From contig JAHRHZ010000283.1 in assembly GCA_024137785.1 (NCBI GenBank), forward strand, positions 16,848,069 through 16,912,068: a stretch of 64,000 bases of DNA, in the 5' to 3' direction. This document shows, piece by piece, positions 24,371-38,200 of this stretch. The notes beneath the pieces were generated by a model, which saw only the letters and a list, made by a program, of their open reading frames with translations, ran no database searches and had not been told where the DNA came from. This DNA is from Ginglymostoma cirratum (taxonomy: Eukaryota). The translations under genes were made by a program, and so were the position numbers. Each line of letters starts with the position of its first letter. Position 1 is the stretch's first letter.

Positions 24371-26149
24371 TAAATTGTTCCGTGAAACCCAAACGAGAGG
24401 CCAAACTCTTGCTAAAGGCCCTTGCTGCAGTGGCCTACCCTTAGGCCGATAGTGTTTGCGCTCTGGCAAAGCAATTGTAAACGTTGCCTTCCATAAACTA
24501 AAGTTAAAATGCAGTGCCAGATGGTGCTGCAACCCAGGTGACCCTCGTCACAACAATCCCTGCTCCCACCGTTCTCCCATTGAAACTTAAATGTACTTGG
24601 GGCGTATATGCCATTCTTGAACTTCTCGGGCTATGGCCCAAACCAGGGCCTTGTCCTCTGGTGAAAAACTCAGAGATGAATTGATAAAGGAATGGATAGT
24701 AGTGGATCCACTTTCATTCAATTGTACAAACTAGCCTTTTGTATTTTTTAGCTTCACCTGCTTGTTAACCTTGTGCTGGTTTCCATGGTAATGAAATGAT
24801 TCACAGCACATGCACTGTACCACGATTGCATCATCTGAACCGAGTTGCAAGTTTCTCTGTCTTTGCATTACATCCCCTTCTGGTTTTATTAAATTTACTT
24901 GTTGATGGATTTTATTGATGGCCTTGTTTGCATAGGGTAGATTTGAGATCTGTCTAGCATCTGGTTGCATTAGGATTCTGTTTCTGTTGTGTTTCACATG
25001 CTTCACCGTGGATTGACATTTTGGAAATATTGTAGCGTTTCTAATTTTCGATTGGTGCTTGAAATTGGTTTGAATGCAAACGGGAAGAGAAAGTTACAGT
25101 CAGCAAGGGAATGAGATGCGGTAACATCAAGTACAGGCTGCCGTGGTGTTGCATTGGAATGACATTGTGTCATTTGGGGCTATAAGCTGCTTTCTAGTTC
25201 AAGAAACTGAAGGTGACAAGTTTATGGGAAAATAATGCCGGAATAGAAAGGGGAGGCTCGCAGCAAAACTGCTTTCATAAAATAACATGTAGAAAGTTTG
25301 ACATTCTCTCAGTTATGTTTCTTTGTGCTATACCGACTTTTCAAAGAAATCCTTGAGGATGTTGTTCCATCAATGGATTTGGCTATTTCATCTATTTGAA
25401 ATTTAATTTAAAATGTTTATCCTCTAAACGATTTGCTGAAGTCAGGGTTTGATCGGGCACATTTAAATATGTGTACACACATATTCTTTTATATCTCTGG
25501 TAATGGAGAAATTGTCCTGATTTTTTAGAGCCCATTTTGATACAGGTTTCTCAAGATTAGGCCCAGTGGCTTGTTTCTGTTCTCATGGCCTTGAGCATCA
25601 TCATCTTTCTCCGCTCCAATACCGCGCTACCTTTTTTTTTAAACACCAAGTTCACTTACTGCAGCAGTTATCTAATGAATGGGGAAACGTTATGACTTTA
25701 GTGTGAAACCAGCTTTGTGCTTAGTTCTTTTTGCCAGAGGATCCTTTTCTGTCCATGGTTGTCTATCTCGTGCCGTCTGTGTGATCCCATTTGACATGAG
25801 AATTTTTTTTAATTTGCTCATGGAACGTGGGCATTGCTGGCTGGGTTAGCTTTCCTTGCTTATTCTTGGCTAAATAACCTGCTAGGCCATTTCAGAGGGC
25901 AGTTCAGTGGGAGCCCACCAAATTTCTGTGGCTGTACAGTAACGTAATATGTTGACAGACATAACCTAAAGATATAGTTTTGAGTTGAAAAGTTGAGGCT
26001 GATTTCTAATGTAAATGTAGCCATAAATATGCATTTGTTCACTGAAAAAAATGGGGGAGGGGTGTATTTATTTATGTGCTTAGCCTACACCTGAACAGTT
26101 ATTTTGGTGCTGAGAAAATGGGGTAGACTTACGCATTGCAATGTCTCTT

Positions 26150-26360
26150 AAATAAGAAGTGACAGCGGTGAACAGTTGGTAACCAGAAGAGACAGATTTA
26201 GGATTACTGGCACAAGAGTCAACTGCAATTTGAGTAAACATTAAGCAGTGAGTTGTGATCTGGAATGCATTGCCTGAAAGGGTGCTGGAAGCAGATTTAC
26301 TGGTGAAATTCAAATGATAATTGGATAAATACTTCAAGGTGCAAACATGGAATTAATTAT
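26150..26360 (+). mobile_element. CR1 3' fragment
   Basis: cagtgagttgtgatctggaatgcattgcctgaaagggtgctggaagcagatt...ttggataaatactt. Confidence 0.7.
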
Positions 26361-26469
26361 TTGCTTCTTTTTCCTCCACTTTTCTGCCTGGAGACAGGGC
26401 CTTGGTGATTATTTGCTTAACTATGGAAAATTGCTATAATCCTTTAGAACTAGAAGGGCAAGGCAACAG

Positions 26470-26553
26470 AGCGTGGAATAGGGATTGAACCCTATGCTGG
26501 TGATGCGAGATTGATCAACACTGAGACCGCTTATCCAACTGAGCTAACTGGTT
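26470..26553 (-). mobile_element. tRNA-derived SINE head
   Basis: Reverse strand cagttagctcagttgg ... GGGTTCAATCCC (A and B boxes); same head as 21250 family. Confidence 0.6.
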
Positions 26554-27344
26554 CCCCTTAGCGTACTGAACACCAGTTAATTTGGCATATCCTAACTAGT
26601 CAAGTTGCTGGTACCAGGTCATGCAAGGGTTCCATTCATTAATGTCTTAGTTCTGGTGTTGTCAGCAGTCTTAGGAGCAGGTTTGGATTTCATTTGCAAA
26701 ATGATAATGTGTATTTTGTGAAAACAACTGGTCCGGTTATGGTTTAACATTTGTGATGGCTCAGAAGACTCTTCTGGTTTCCTTTCTGGTAATAGAATAA
26801 ATAAATTTAAATAGAGTGGATGCGTGATTCTGGCCTCTAATACATTCAAAGATGGTTCTTCAATGCAAAATTCTGTAGTTGCGAGAAACCTCGAATGGAA
26901 AGTGCTGGAAGCATTCAGCAGGTCAGGTGGAATGCGTGGAAAGACAAACTGAGTTAACGGGTCGAATTCTCCCAAGCTGTGGGATGGCCAGAGTGTTTTG
27001 TGGGGGATCAGGAATTTAAGAGGACAGCTGGTGTCCCAAGCCGCCTGAGGACATTTCCCTGTTGCCTGGTTCCTCTTTAAACAAGTTGCAGACAACTCCA
27101 ACCAGAATGTTATGAATGAATTTGCCCAGGTGCCCCACAATACCAAAGCGGTCACATCAATACGAGCACAAGCCGGTACCAAAAAAGTTTATTAGGATCA
27201 AAATTTCAGTAATTTTTAAACCTAGACGTATTATCCCTAATCCTACTTGCCTGCTTATGATTACAATACTTCCCAAATCTCTTGTAAATTTACACGGTTG
27301 CGCTCGGTGTGGCTGTGTCTCTGGGTCTGTAAAACTGCTTTCTC

Positions 27345-27657
27345 AATGACTCCATGCCTTTCTGACCCGGTTTGAATCCCATCACGGCAGATACTGGGAT
27401 TTGATTCAATCAAAATGTAGAATGAACTGTCTAATGTTGACCATGAATCCATTAGCGAACGTTGGAAAAACCCATGTGGTTCACTGATGTCCTTCAGCAA
27501 AGGAAATTGCCACCCTTCCCTGGCCTGGTCCACATGTGACTTCAGACCCTCAGCAATGTGTTTGACTCTTAAACTTCACTCTAGGCAATCAGGGATGGAA
27601 AATAAATGCTGGCCTAGCCAGTGACACCCACGTCTCCGAAATGAATTTTAAAAAAAA
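27345..27657 (+). mobile_element. tRNA-derived SINE sharing its 3' tail with the second LINE family
   Basis: B box ggtttgaatccc; body ggttcactgatgtcctt...cacatgtgacttcagacc; tail aataaatgctggcctagccagtgac...atgaat plus A-run; reverse copies at 33390-33690 and 25803-25935. Confidence 0.8.
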
Positions 27658-28479
27658 GAGTTGCTGGTTTTAGCAGTAGTGGATGGTTTACAGATGCGTA
27701 CGAGTGGAGATTATCAGGCAACCAGAAGCTAATTAGTCCGTGAATGACCAGTTACCAATGACAAAGGTCTTCTGCCTTCCAGCAATGATGAGCTTCTTTC
27801 CCAAATAGCTGAACAGTTTAGGGCTCTGAACAAGATAGGAGAACCATCAGATCTCTTCAAGCTCAGGATCTCTCTTGGTTCTGCGCACATAATGCGATTT
27901 AAGTTTGAAGAAAACCAATTTGGCACTCCTTCAGCAGTTGCTGCAAGCTGTGACTTGAAATTAATAAATCAGAGATCTTTACAAGTGTGAGCTAGTCACC
28001 TTGTGCCTCCTGCAAGTCAGTGAAAGCATCCAGAGAAGGACGATCAAGAAGCAATATTTTGATCAGTACAAGAATGATCTCAGCAAGCCCTGTGAACAGG
28101 GAACACTGAATTGCTTTCTCAGTCTTTCCCTCCACCCATAACACCAATTTATTTTTTCCAGTCCTCATCTGTCTGTGTGTGTGTGTAGTGGGGGTAGTTT
28201 ACCTGTAGTGAGAGTACATTCATTTGCAATAAGTAGTAACTCTTGTTAAGTATAGAAGCCTGGTCTGTGCTTTCTGTCAATCTGCATATCAATTGGAGAA
28301 TTCTGCATGCTTTTAAAAATCTTCAGCTGTTGTAATGCTTCCTGGAATAGGAAGCCTTGATTGGCAGCATGCTAACCCAGCGAGATCAAATTCTTTAATT
28401 ATCCTCTCTTGACTTTATCATTCTTAGTCACTTTTTTTCTCTCTCTCTTTCATCCTCACCTTTATATTGCTGCTGTTCA

Positions 28480-28690
28480 TTTGTTCAGTAATGTCACCTT
28501 CTTCCCAGAAGGTTAACTACCAGCGATTTCCACCTCTGTGTCCAATTCTTAGTCATTCTACAAAGGTCAACTGTATCCTGTCCATTCTATCAGTCATCCA
28601 TTTTCACACCTGCTTCCCTCTGACTACTTCCATCAATCTTCCCCTTCAACGAGTGTTTTGCTATCTACCATCTGTTGTAATGATATGATT
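28480..28690 (-). mobile_element. RTE-type LINE 3' fragment
   Basis: Reverse strand encodes TLVEGKIDGSSQR...KWM...EWTG-like C-terminal motif. Confidence 0.5.
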
Positions 28691-30929
28691 GAAATATTGT
28701 GACCTTCTCTGTTTGATGTTATGCGCGAGTTTCCTCTTTTATCCCCAACCATGCAGAATGTCATCCTATATGCCCACGTGTCAAATACTTTCCGCTTACA
28801 TTGTGTATTTATATTTTTTCCTCATTTTCTGTATCTGTACTATTTGCAATTGTTTAATGTAACTGCTAGAGTTAATTAGCTGGAATCTCCAAAATGCTCC
28901 CCCAATCAAGCACATTATTCACTGATGCGTTTCCCATTTATATCTTTTCTGCACGGAAGGAGAAAAAAGCTGAATATAGTAGTGATTTATGTCTTTCATA
29001 TCATAATTGATAAAATGAAACAAGACAGGATTCAAATATAGGGACCAAAATGAAATAAAGCTACTTTTTAGAATAATAGTCTTTGCTTTATGTATAAATT
29101 AAACTTTCCAAAGATTTACTTGGTTTACTTCAACTAGAACATTTTGCCTGTATGTCTGATCTGATCTACACTTAGAACATGGACAGGGAGTGGACCAGTC
29201 ACCCTCTGGTTATGAGGCAGATGCTGCGTTAGTTGTCCTGTAACTACTGGGCAGAAAAAAAAGTTTGAATGCATGAGGAAGTAAGGCTTGCAGTTTAGTG
29301 CAATTGAAATGTGCTTCAATTGATATTAATATGTGTACAGACCCTGTTTCCAAGCTGCATTCTTCTGAGTCAGTAATATCATGGCGGCTATTTAAAAATA
29401 AATGACTTGGTGATACAGTGTACTGTTGTTGCTTAAGGCAAGCAGTATCTACGGGAGTCATTTCTGATTGCAGTCAAGCACGTTTAGAGTAATTTATCAG
29501 CCCATCATAAGCTGGCACTTTATGCAAAGCTTATTTTTTATTCTCTGTCTATGTAAGCACTGACAATGTAAGACCTCCCGTCTTCCATTCACCTTCCAGT
29601 GGATTCGTTCTCATTGCAGGTCCGTATTCCCTGGTAATCTAGCAATGAACAGAATGGCTCTTGGTTCACATTCACATTTGCACTATTCTGGGAGTGCAGG
29701 TGACAGCTCTGGGTTCTAATGATCACGTGCTTACAAGTTGAGAGTTCATGAGACAACATTCTTCAACCTTGTGGTGACGCTGAGGAGGGAAATTGGGAAT
29801 GCAGTCACTCATGAAGGTAATGAACTAAAGCTTGCTTGGAATAGTGTAGTGTTAGAAATCATTGAGTGATACTGATCAAGCTAAATGGGCACATCTGTAA
29901 CTTTGGTATGTGGTACTAGGGAGAAAGTAATGAAAAAATGTACTTGAGTGGATGAATTTAATGTCATATGGAGTACAGAAGGAAAACAAAAACAACAATG
30001 TTCGGTTAAAAGAAAGTTGAGGCAAGGAAAAGTAAGAAAAAGGTTCTTTCTTAAATAAAGTTTAAAGCGGCATAAAATCTCTAGCAAAAGTTCACTTTCA
30101 AAACAGTGTTTTGTTCACTTTTTGGGTCAGAGGGGTTGACTGGGAATCAATAATATTTAATGCATTATTAAAAGGATCATTTTATTGTGTGAGTTTTGTG
30201 GACAATTATTTTTGCATTGACCAGGACGTGTTGCCTATCCCTAATTGCCATTAAACACGGTGGCTGGAAATTTCCCTTCCCTGGTGTGGTTTAAATAATG
30301 ACGAGAAATGTGGGCAAATACAATGGGAATGGAAAGATCAGATTCTTGATGTTGCAAAAATGTTCCCAATAACTCCCTCAAGCAGAAAATGGCAAATTCA
30401 GAATCTCGCAGTTGAGTGGCAACCATCTCATTGCTCTGCGTCTACATCTCATTAAAGTCCCAGTTGAACTGATTTAAATGCCTCTTCCAATGCTCTCCTC
30501 TCCTCTCCTCTCTGAAAAACTGGGTGGCACGAATACCTGGCATGTAAATCAGACTGGGTACCTGGCAGCTGTAGCTCAGTGATTACTTGCCCCAGTCAAA
30601 GTCCCTACAAGCTCCATGGCCACTATTCTCCTTTACCTGCCATCGACGCAAGTTAGCATCAGCAAATCACCAGCTTCAACACATCATCTCAGACCAAAAC
30701 TGTCATTGCTTCAGCCTTTAGAGCTAAGGGTTATGAACAACCTGCATGTTTCTGCCAGGCCACTTTGAATGCAGAGACACCCATGCATCTGTGTATCTCC
30801 ATGGGATGCAACCTATGGCTCTAAGCATGCTTTTTATCTGGAATTAGGGAATTTTACAGCTTACTTGGAGGCTTCCAGCCTTCAAATGTACTTAACAATG
30901 TTTTTTTTAGCCCAAACACACATACGCGC

Positions 30930-31200
30930 TGACACCAGGTACTGCTTACCTAGTGCGGAGAGCAAGGCAGACAGCTTGTAATTGTGGGGAGCACTGTGGC
31001 ACCTTCCACAATTGGAGCCTACAAAGACAGGAATTTCCTGAATGGAGGCAAAGCCAGGGAATTGCACCAGCCTTCTGAGAATGGAGATCAGACTGAGGAT
31101 CCAGACATCGGTCAGGAGAGCCATCCAAGAGACTACAACACAGCAATGCATCACTGAGCCTGAGAAGCACAGATAACCTCATGAAACCAGCTTTCAGGAT
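30930..31200 (+). mobile_element. Possible PIF/Harbinger transposase C-terminal remnant
   Basis: 30995-31027 reads CGTFHNWSLQR, resembling the CCxLHN.AL.R motif, followed by acidic EDPD stretch; frameshifted. Confidence 0.35.
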
Positions 31201-32199
31201 GCATGAGCTGGGTTTCGACTTCATTAAACAGCTTACGATTCTGATGGTAATGTGGCAAAAAAGCCCCTGCTTAGTGCAGATGACATATGGAACCTTCGTA
31301 GTTTAGCAGTCCTTGACCTTTAGTGTTGCTGAATAAATGTTGCATTATCCATGTAATTGTGCACATGATATTTTGTGAGGATTCCATTTTTAATGTATCA
31401 CATGTCCTATCTCAGGGTAAAAGCACTGTCAGTGAGACAGTGCACTAACATTGCATGGTGCTAAGGTTAGTTAATGCTTTAGGTATCCATCAGCATATCA
31501 CATCTGAATATCGTAGTGAAGTCGCTCATAATAGATAGCAAGTTCAGAAGAATCCTTAGAAGTCTCCTTTTGACCTTCCCATCATGGGTTACCCTTCAGT
31601 GTTTCAGAATGAGTGTTGACTGAAATGATTGAGCATCCTTGAGGTCAGTGTTGAACTTCGAAGAGGCTGTACTTTGTGCAGCTGTTTTCTCAGCGAACAC
31701 TGCACTATGGGGGAGAGTGGACATGTGAGCTGCCCTTTGTACATTTCCCAGCCTTGATTAGCAATTCAGCCCCTTAAAAAGCTGTTCAAGTGACCCTTTC
31801 CCTGCTGAGGTATGTGAACTCTCTACTCTCCGTACCCCCTGCACATTGTGTTTACCCTCAGCTGTAGAGAAGGAAACCTGCTCTTGGTATGTCCATTCCA
31901 AGACTTGGGCAGTCATCCCTGGGACCTCTGTGGGTCTGGAGGGACCTAGAGGTGTCATGCATCTCCTGCCCAGATGCAAGCTCACCAGTTGAACAGCTGC
32001 AGGCTTTGGGGTCACAGGCAAGTGGAAGGGGCACCTCTAGAGCATTTTGAGAAGAAGCATTTGACAAGGCAGACTGTCGCTTCTCCTCCGTGCTGCCTGC
32101 TGGCATCGCCCTGTCTCCCTGAGGGGAAGGGACACCTGGAGCGGGGCCAAGCTCCCTAGACTTGCCCCTGCCCACATCTTGGCATTGCTGCTGAACACT

Positions 32200-32700
32200 T
32201 ACAGCTAGCGCAGGTCTGTGCACACAACTGGTGGGCAATGATTGTGCTGGACCTGGTTCACCCTCGTGATCACCAGTCTGTCTTTGAAGATGACAGTCTC
32301 AGGCACACCAGGACCAGCACAGCACTGAAAGCATTTGCTCCATGTTTTCTCTCCAGCTAACCAAGCAGCTCCGCCTGTATCTGTAATTTGGAGAAGTCTT
32401 TCATGGCCAAGAATATGCAGTTCGCTACCTTCCTACCTGGTGGTTCCCTGACCTACTTTGGAGTGTGTCAGTGATGCATGCGCCAGGTTGTTCCCCTGAC
32501 ATGTAACCTCCCGAAGTGAAATTCTCTGAGCTCATACAGGCGCAGTCCCTCGTCCCAGGCTTTGTCGCAGCAACCTCCTGAGGGTTCACTGTCCTGCTCC
32601 TCAAAGGTGAAGGTGTAGCCGTGGGACTCTGGCACTGGTCTCTTTGTGACTGGCTTGCTGGGTGCCATTGGTGTCGAAAGTGAACAAAAGAAAAGAAGTT
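32200..32700 (-). mobile_element. Possible L1/Tx1 ORF1 (ZCCHC3-like) remnant
   Basis: DCACMSSENFTSGGY in ORF 32425-32709 loosely resembles the recalled DIYCLQDFP.GGYFDV motif; GC-richer block. Confidence 0.25.
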
Positions 32701-33389
32701 TGGTGTCAAAGATGGATAACAGCTCGAGTTAATAGTGGGAGTGATGAGAGAGCAGTGGAGATCATGACAATTAAGCTTACTGGATCTCCATTCCCAGTGA
32801 GAAGTTGTGCTGTTCTCTGGCTAAATCCAGAATTTTCTCCCTGTAGGGATTCAGGAGCCTGATGTTGTATGAATGAGTAAATTTTTCATTCATGTGTTTT
32901 GGGAATATAATTTCAAAATTAGAAATTGATTTTTTTTAAATGTAAGAAAATTGAAGCTACCGGGTTTGAGAAACTGATAAACAGCTCTAAGATAATTACG
33001 TTCATGGTTCGTGTTTACTTTGAGGGGTTACCAGTTAGAGATTCGAAAACAAAAAACAACATCAAAAGACTCTCTTGTAGCTTCTGAATGAGACCAAGGA
33101 TTTTGATAAGATTACACTTGTCTCTCTTCAGTGTGTATATCATTTGTGAAATTTCCCAAGTTTGAAGACTGGGTTGAAAGCAACTGGTAAACAAGGGCAG
33201 GTATTGAAGTATCCATATACTTCTCCAATCAAAGGTAAGGTTTTATTTTAAGGGGAATCAAAATGAAAGAACTGTGGATGCTGGAATCTAAGGTTTCTTA
33301 GTGTTAGAAGTGATGAGTTTAAATTTCTTAATCAGATATTCCAGCCATGCTATATTGCTGTGGACATATAATCCTTTTGTTTGTGTGGT

Positions 33390-33690
33390 GTTATTCCTCG
33401 CTAGGCCAGCACTTATTGCTGATCCCTAATCGCCCAGAGGGTAGTCGAATCAACCACATTGCAGTGGGTCTGGCGTCACATGTAAGCCAAATCATGTATG
33501 GACAGTAGTTTCCTTCCCTACAGGAATAAAGGTTTTTTCAACAATCGTCAGTCTCTTAAGTCTAGATTTATTTCATTGAACTCAAATGCCACCGTGTGTC
33601 ATGACAGGTTTTGAACCCAAGTCCCCAGAACGTGACGTGGGTCTCTGGATTAAAGGTCCAGCAAAAATATGACCAGGCTGTTGCCTTCGT
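33390..33690 (-). mobile_element. tRNA-derived SINE (same family as 27345-27657)
   Basis: gctaggccagcacttattgc...caaccacattgcagtgggtctgg.gtcacatgta...tttgaacccaagtccccagaa. Confidence 0.8.
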
Positions 33691-34223
33691 TATGTCTGTG
33701 ACTTCACACACAGGCAGTTGAAGTCAATTTCGGAGCAACTTTTGAGATGAACAGAGAGAGAGAGAGAATGTGCTGGGACCACTGACAGAGTGCTATCAGA
33801 GAATCAGGCAAGAATTCAATGAGAACCATACTTGAACTGGGCTGTCCATAATCATACGGTACTTGAGAGTTGGAAAGTGATCTTGCCAAGAAATCTATAT
33901 AGTAGAGCACAGGAAAGTACTAAAAAATTCAAAGTGAATTCTTAAGAGTTGTGGTGCACCTTTTTTTGGGTCTCTGGAGAAGTGAAGTAATGTATAGGGG
34001 AACTCCTTGGCGGCAATAAAAGTAGAACTGGAAATAGTCAAGTTTGGTTTTGGAGTCTGAAGCAAAAGCGTTTGCAAAATATAGTGTTCGGTTAGTAATA
34101 ATTGTATTGTTTGATTGTTAAAAAATAAAGGTTCATTTTAAACATAAAAAATTAATGAGGTAATTCATAACTTGGAGACTGAATTTCTTATTAAGTTAAT
34201 TGCTCTTCACTGTGACCTTAACA
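33690..34223 (+). mobile_element. Possible solo LTR
   Basis: About 530 nt with AATAAA near 34124 and terminal gtgaccttaaCA; 5' TG boundary and TSD not established. Confidence 0.3.
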
Positions 34224-35199
34224 GTATGTGCTGTGTTAGTCTGCAGCTGGTGGTAAAGTGTAATTATCTGTTGATTTCAGGCCCCTGTCTTTAGGCTACT
34301 CAAATCACCTTTCAAAAACATGAAAATTATTTGACAGCGCATGATATGTTCTGGAAGGTGGTGTAGGCAATACTCTGTTCTCTGTTCTGCTTCTTTATTT
34401 TTATTTACCTGGATATTGGGCAAAAATGATGCACTCCAGGTTATAGGATACATGGAAGGTATTCACAGGAATGCCTGGTCATACTAGTGCTGGGAAAATA
34501 CAGCATGTCAAAAGGCCACAGGCTACTTCTGTCATTCTTGCATGTGCCAATGTTCACAAGAAAGAAAGCTCATTTTTAAACACAAAAATGTTAGTGTTGT
34601 GTGCAGTGAAAGAATCAACAAAGAGTTGAAAGGGAGAAGAAATTCAGCCTGACATTCAAATTAGTAATAGAATGGGCTTCGATGATGGCTGTGCCCTTTT
34701 CTTGCAATGACAGAGTGCCCAAGGCTACTTTTGTATTTGTTGAAATGCAAGATGAGAAGAAATTACATTTCCACTGAGAGATCCCCAATTATGATGATGT
34801 AAAGCATATATTTTGACTGATTCACGGTGTCACAATCTGAGGCTGATCTGGCTTGGTTGCTGGTGAAGGAGAGGAATCTTCCAAATACTTGTGAGCCTTG
34901 TCAACAGAGAATCAAGAGAAGATCTTCACTGTAATTTTTAGCCCACAAACAATGATTGACTTGACTATTATTACTATGTCCCATGGACAGTTATGGTCAG
35001 CGTACTAGGACGTAATACTACCAGCTGCAGCTCCATGTTTCAGAATAGTCAACAGAAATACCATTTTATTGGCTCCTGTCTTGTAGAAATCAGGTGCATT
35101 TAAATGATGTCAGAAAGAAGAACAGCTGAGAGTTGATCTTTCTCTGCGCCTTCTCTGTGGCAGTAAAACTATATTCTGCATTCTGATGTACTTACGTAA

Positions 35200-35281
35200 G
35201 ATATGATATGTATGGTTAGTGCGCGAAGCAATACTTTTCACTGTATCTCAGTACACGTGACAATAATAAATCAAATCAAAC
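35200..35281 (+). mobile_element. Rex1/Babar-type 3' tail fragment
   Basis: cttttcactgtatctcagtacacgtgacaataataaatcaaatcaaa is the reverse complement of tails at 19405-19452 and 19695-19727. Confidence 0.65.
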
Positions 35282-38200
35282 TGTCTGTTGAGCATAGTTC
35301 ATTTTTCGGAGTCGGTGATTGGGAGTGGATGATGAGGTTGGTGGACCAGTACAAATTTGGTTCTTCTGATGCGCAGCAAGTGTTCTGTTTTAATAGAGAG
35401 ATCTGTGACAGTGAGACTAATATTATGGGATCAGACAGGCTGATTGAACATCGAGGTTAATAACAGATAGGGCAAATAAACCTCACCAAACACCTCTCTA
35501 AAGAGCACAGCAATTCCAAAGATGTTCTGACTTTGAGTCAAACAGCCTTGGACATGTGTAGGATTCTTGCAGCAAGATGTCAGTGAAGGGCAATGGTAGT
35601 TATTTTTTGTTTTAGAAGCTGTACACTACAAGGCTTAGGGGACATGTTGCAAACGAAGCAGAGTTGAGCGAGGCTGATTTCTACTGGAGGTAATCTTTAC
35701 AGTGGTGAGAAATGCAACTGATTACACTGTACTGCCAATTTAACTGAGAGCGCACCAATATGTACTGCTGAATCCTGCATCTATTCTCAGACCTTTAGAA
35801 CGCATGTTTCAAAGCTTTCACTTCCATCAGCACATAATCGGATTAATTGCCCATTGTTGAAGATTCTGTTCTGGAAACAACAAATGCTGGAGATCGCAGT
35901 GGGTGTGATCAATTTTCAAAATGGCTGATGTGAAATGTTGGCTATTACCAGCACAAAACATAGACAGCATTTGGTCATCATTTTGTTGGTAAATATTTCT
36001 TCAAACATCCCAATTCTCCTTGATATTTTTAACTTACTTTTCACAGCTAGTAGATTTGACAGGCGTCCTGCCTCTTTCTCGACTCTGTGTGGCATCACTT
36101 TTTAACTGGTTGCCAGGCAGTATTGAAGAGAGATTGGGTTGAGTTTTTAAAGCGCTTGAATTTAAGTGGCTCAGAGCCTATTGTTCACGCAATTTTTTTT
36201 TTGTGTTAAAGCTGCATGCTCTGTTATCTATCGATCGACTTGCTGATGTCCTCCCCAGTGCATGAAGACGGTTACATCTGAGTAAGCGCCTGGCAAGATG
36301 AAGGGTAGCTTTGATTTCTTTGTCAGTGAAAATGATTTCCCCAGCAGACAATAATGCTATGTTGAACTACAGAAGTTCTGAAACTTTAATACTTTTGTTT
36401 CCCAATTCAAGAACTTTCATGTTTGCACCATTTTCACAGCTCGTCCCTGGTCGCTGCCTCATGTTTTTGAAAGGGGTGAAAATTTTCCTCTTCAGACCCC
36501 AGTATGGGCAATGTCTTTATATCTCCTACCATGGGACTTGAATCCCTGGAAAAATTGCTGGCTTTGTTCAATTGCCACCCGATCAATGCAAGTGGCAGTT
36601 AAAATTCATTGCTAAATCCCATATCACTCGAGAAACAGGGTTGCTTTGGCAAAAGGACTGAGGGACGGTGAGGCAGAAGAGTGTATGTAAGCCATAAGTG
36701 GTTGCGTTCCAGGAAGATGGGTAAAGGAGGTGGGTGTTCTGGCGGCATGGTGAAAGGTTACAAATGTGGAATGGTTTAGAATAGGAAAAAGCTGTACAGC
36801 TGTAGCAATTTAGAACCAGAGACAACTGACTATGCCAATTTTGTTCAAGGTGGAAGTTGTTGAATGATTGAGGGTTAGGGAATACCTTGGGTTGAATCCT
36901 ATTTTAAATAACAAAGGACTGGTTTTTCAGCAAAGTGAAAGGGGCAAGGTGTTACTGCAGACACAGTCCAGCACTTAATTACACCATGCTGATGTACTGA
37001 TGAGATAAAAGACAGAAGTGTTAATAAATCATGGGATGTGGTCAGTTTCAAAGGATTTCTAGGCTAGCAACCTATCGCACTTCTTAAAAATTGCTACACA
37101 GGTTGATCAGGAGTCCGTTAGTTAGTATTGCTGTTCAGCATAAACATTATCAAGTAAGAGGTATTCAACAACTTACATTCATGTGTTATTCTCGATATTG
37201 GGAAAAAAAGTGCTTGGAAGAAAACAAGCAAGAGTGACCAAATGGGTGACCAAGAGCTTGGTTATAAAGAGGGTCTTGAAGGAAGGGTGAGTGGTAGAAA
37301 GGAAGATTTGGAGGATGTTTGACAATCTAGGTGACTGATTTGACTGTTATCTGTGCCAAGGATATAAAAGGTATTTTTCACCGTTCCAACTATTTGTTTC
37401 ATCAGCCTGTTGTAAAGGCAAGAAGCCAAGGGCACTTAATGGCAAGCAACCTATGTGTAATCGTGATGCTCATATAGATCAAGTGCTTTGTAAAATAAAT
37501 CTAATTGTACATTTAAATCACTCACATAATGTGCTTCAAATATTCTCTATAATTTGTGAGTATGAAATAGGAGATATACAGAAAGGGCTCTAAAAAGATT
37601 CTAATTTTACCCATTTTTTGAATTAAAATGTAATGGGCCAACACTGATCTTTACCTTCATGACAGATGATGTTTATTCCTAAAATAATGGAAACAAGCTG
37701 GATCCATGAAATCAATGTCCATATTTTGGGAATGCCCATTTGATCTTCGGCAGTCATGTGAGTTTAGTGTCATGCTCCTAACATGGCTTTGATATTATTT
37801 TGGGATGCAATTTTATTTTGCTTTCGCAGGAATCCATGAGCAGCAATGTCTCATCTATCTGTTTGTTATGATGTTGGCTTGCTAAGGAATGTTGGTTTAG
37901 ACAGCTCGCCGCTGTGCATTGTGACAGAATGTCTACTGAAACAAGTGGACAGCTCCATGGAGTGGAATTCAGTCCTTTGCTCCATAACTCTTTAAGTAGC
38001 AGCTGTTAGGTAAATGGGCAAGCGGGGACCCCACCAACTCCCTAATCATGATTAAGGCTGTGGCTAGAAGGCCCGTGAATGTCACCCTCACCCCATCATC
38101 ACCATGAATTGAGGCCATTAAGTGAATAATTGCCCACTGAATGGATCCAGCCCATGGCTCATTCAGTGTCGACTAATGGAATGCCTATCAGACTTTCAGA

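Noticed and set aside
26619-27182. 187-aa minus-strand ORF
   Set aside because: Runs through a decayed Penelope-like arm (about 26860-26960); no domain or splice support.
30950-31018. Minus-strand 69-nt exon with good splice sites and an internal hairpin
   Set aside because: Overlaps the plus-strand Harbinger-like motif, has no partner exons on that strand and no recognised peptide; likely a pseudo-exon.
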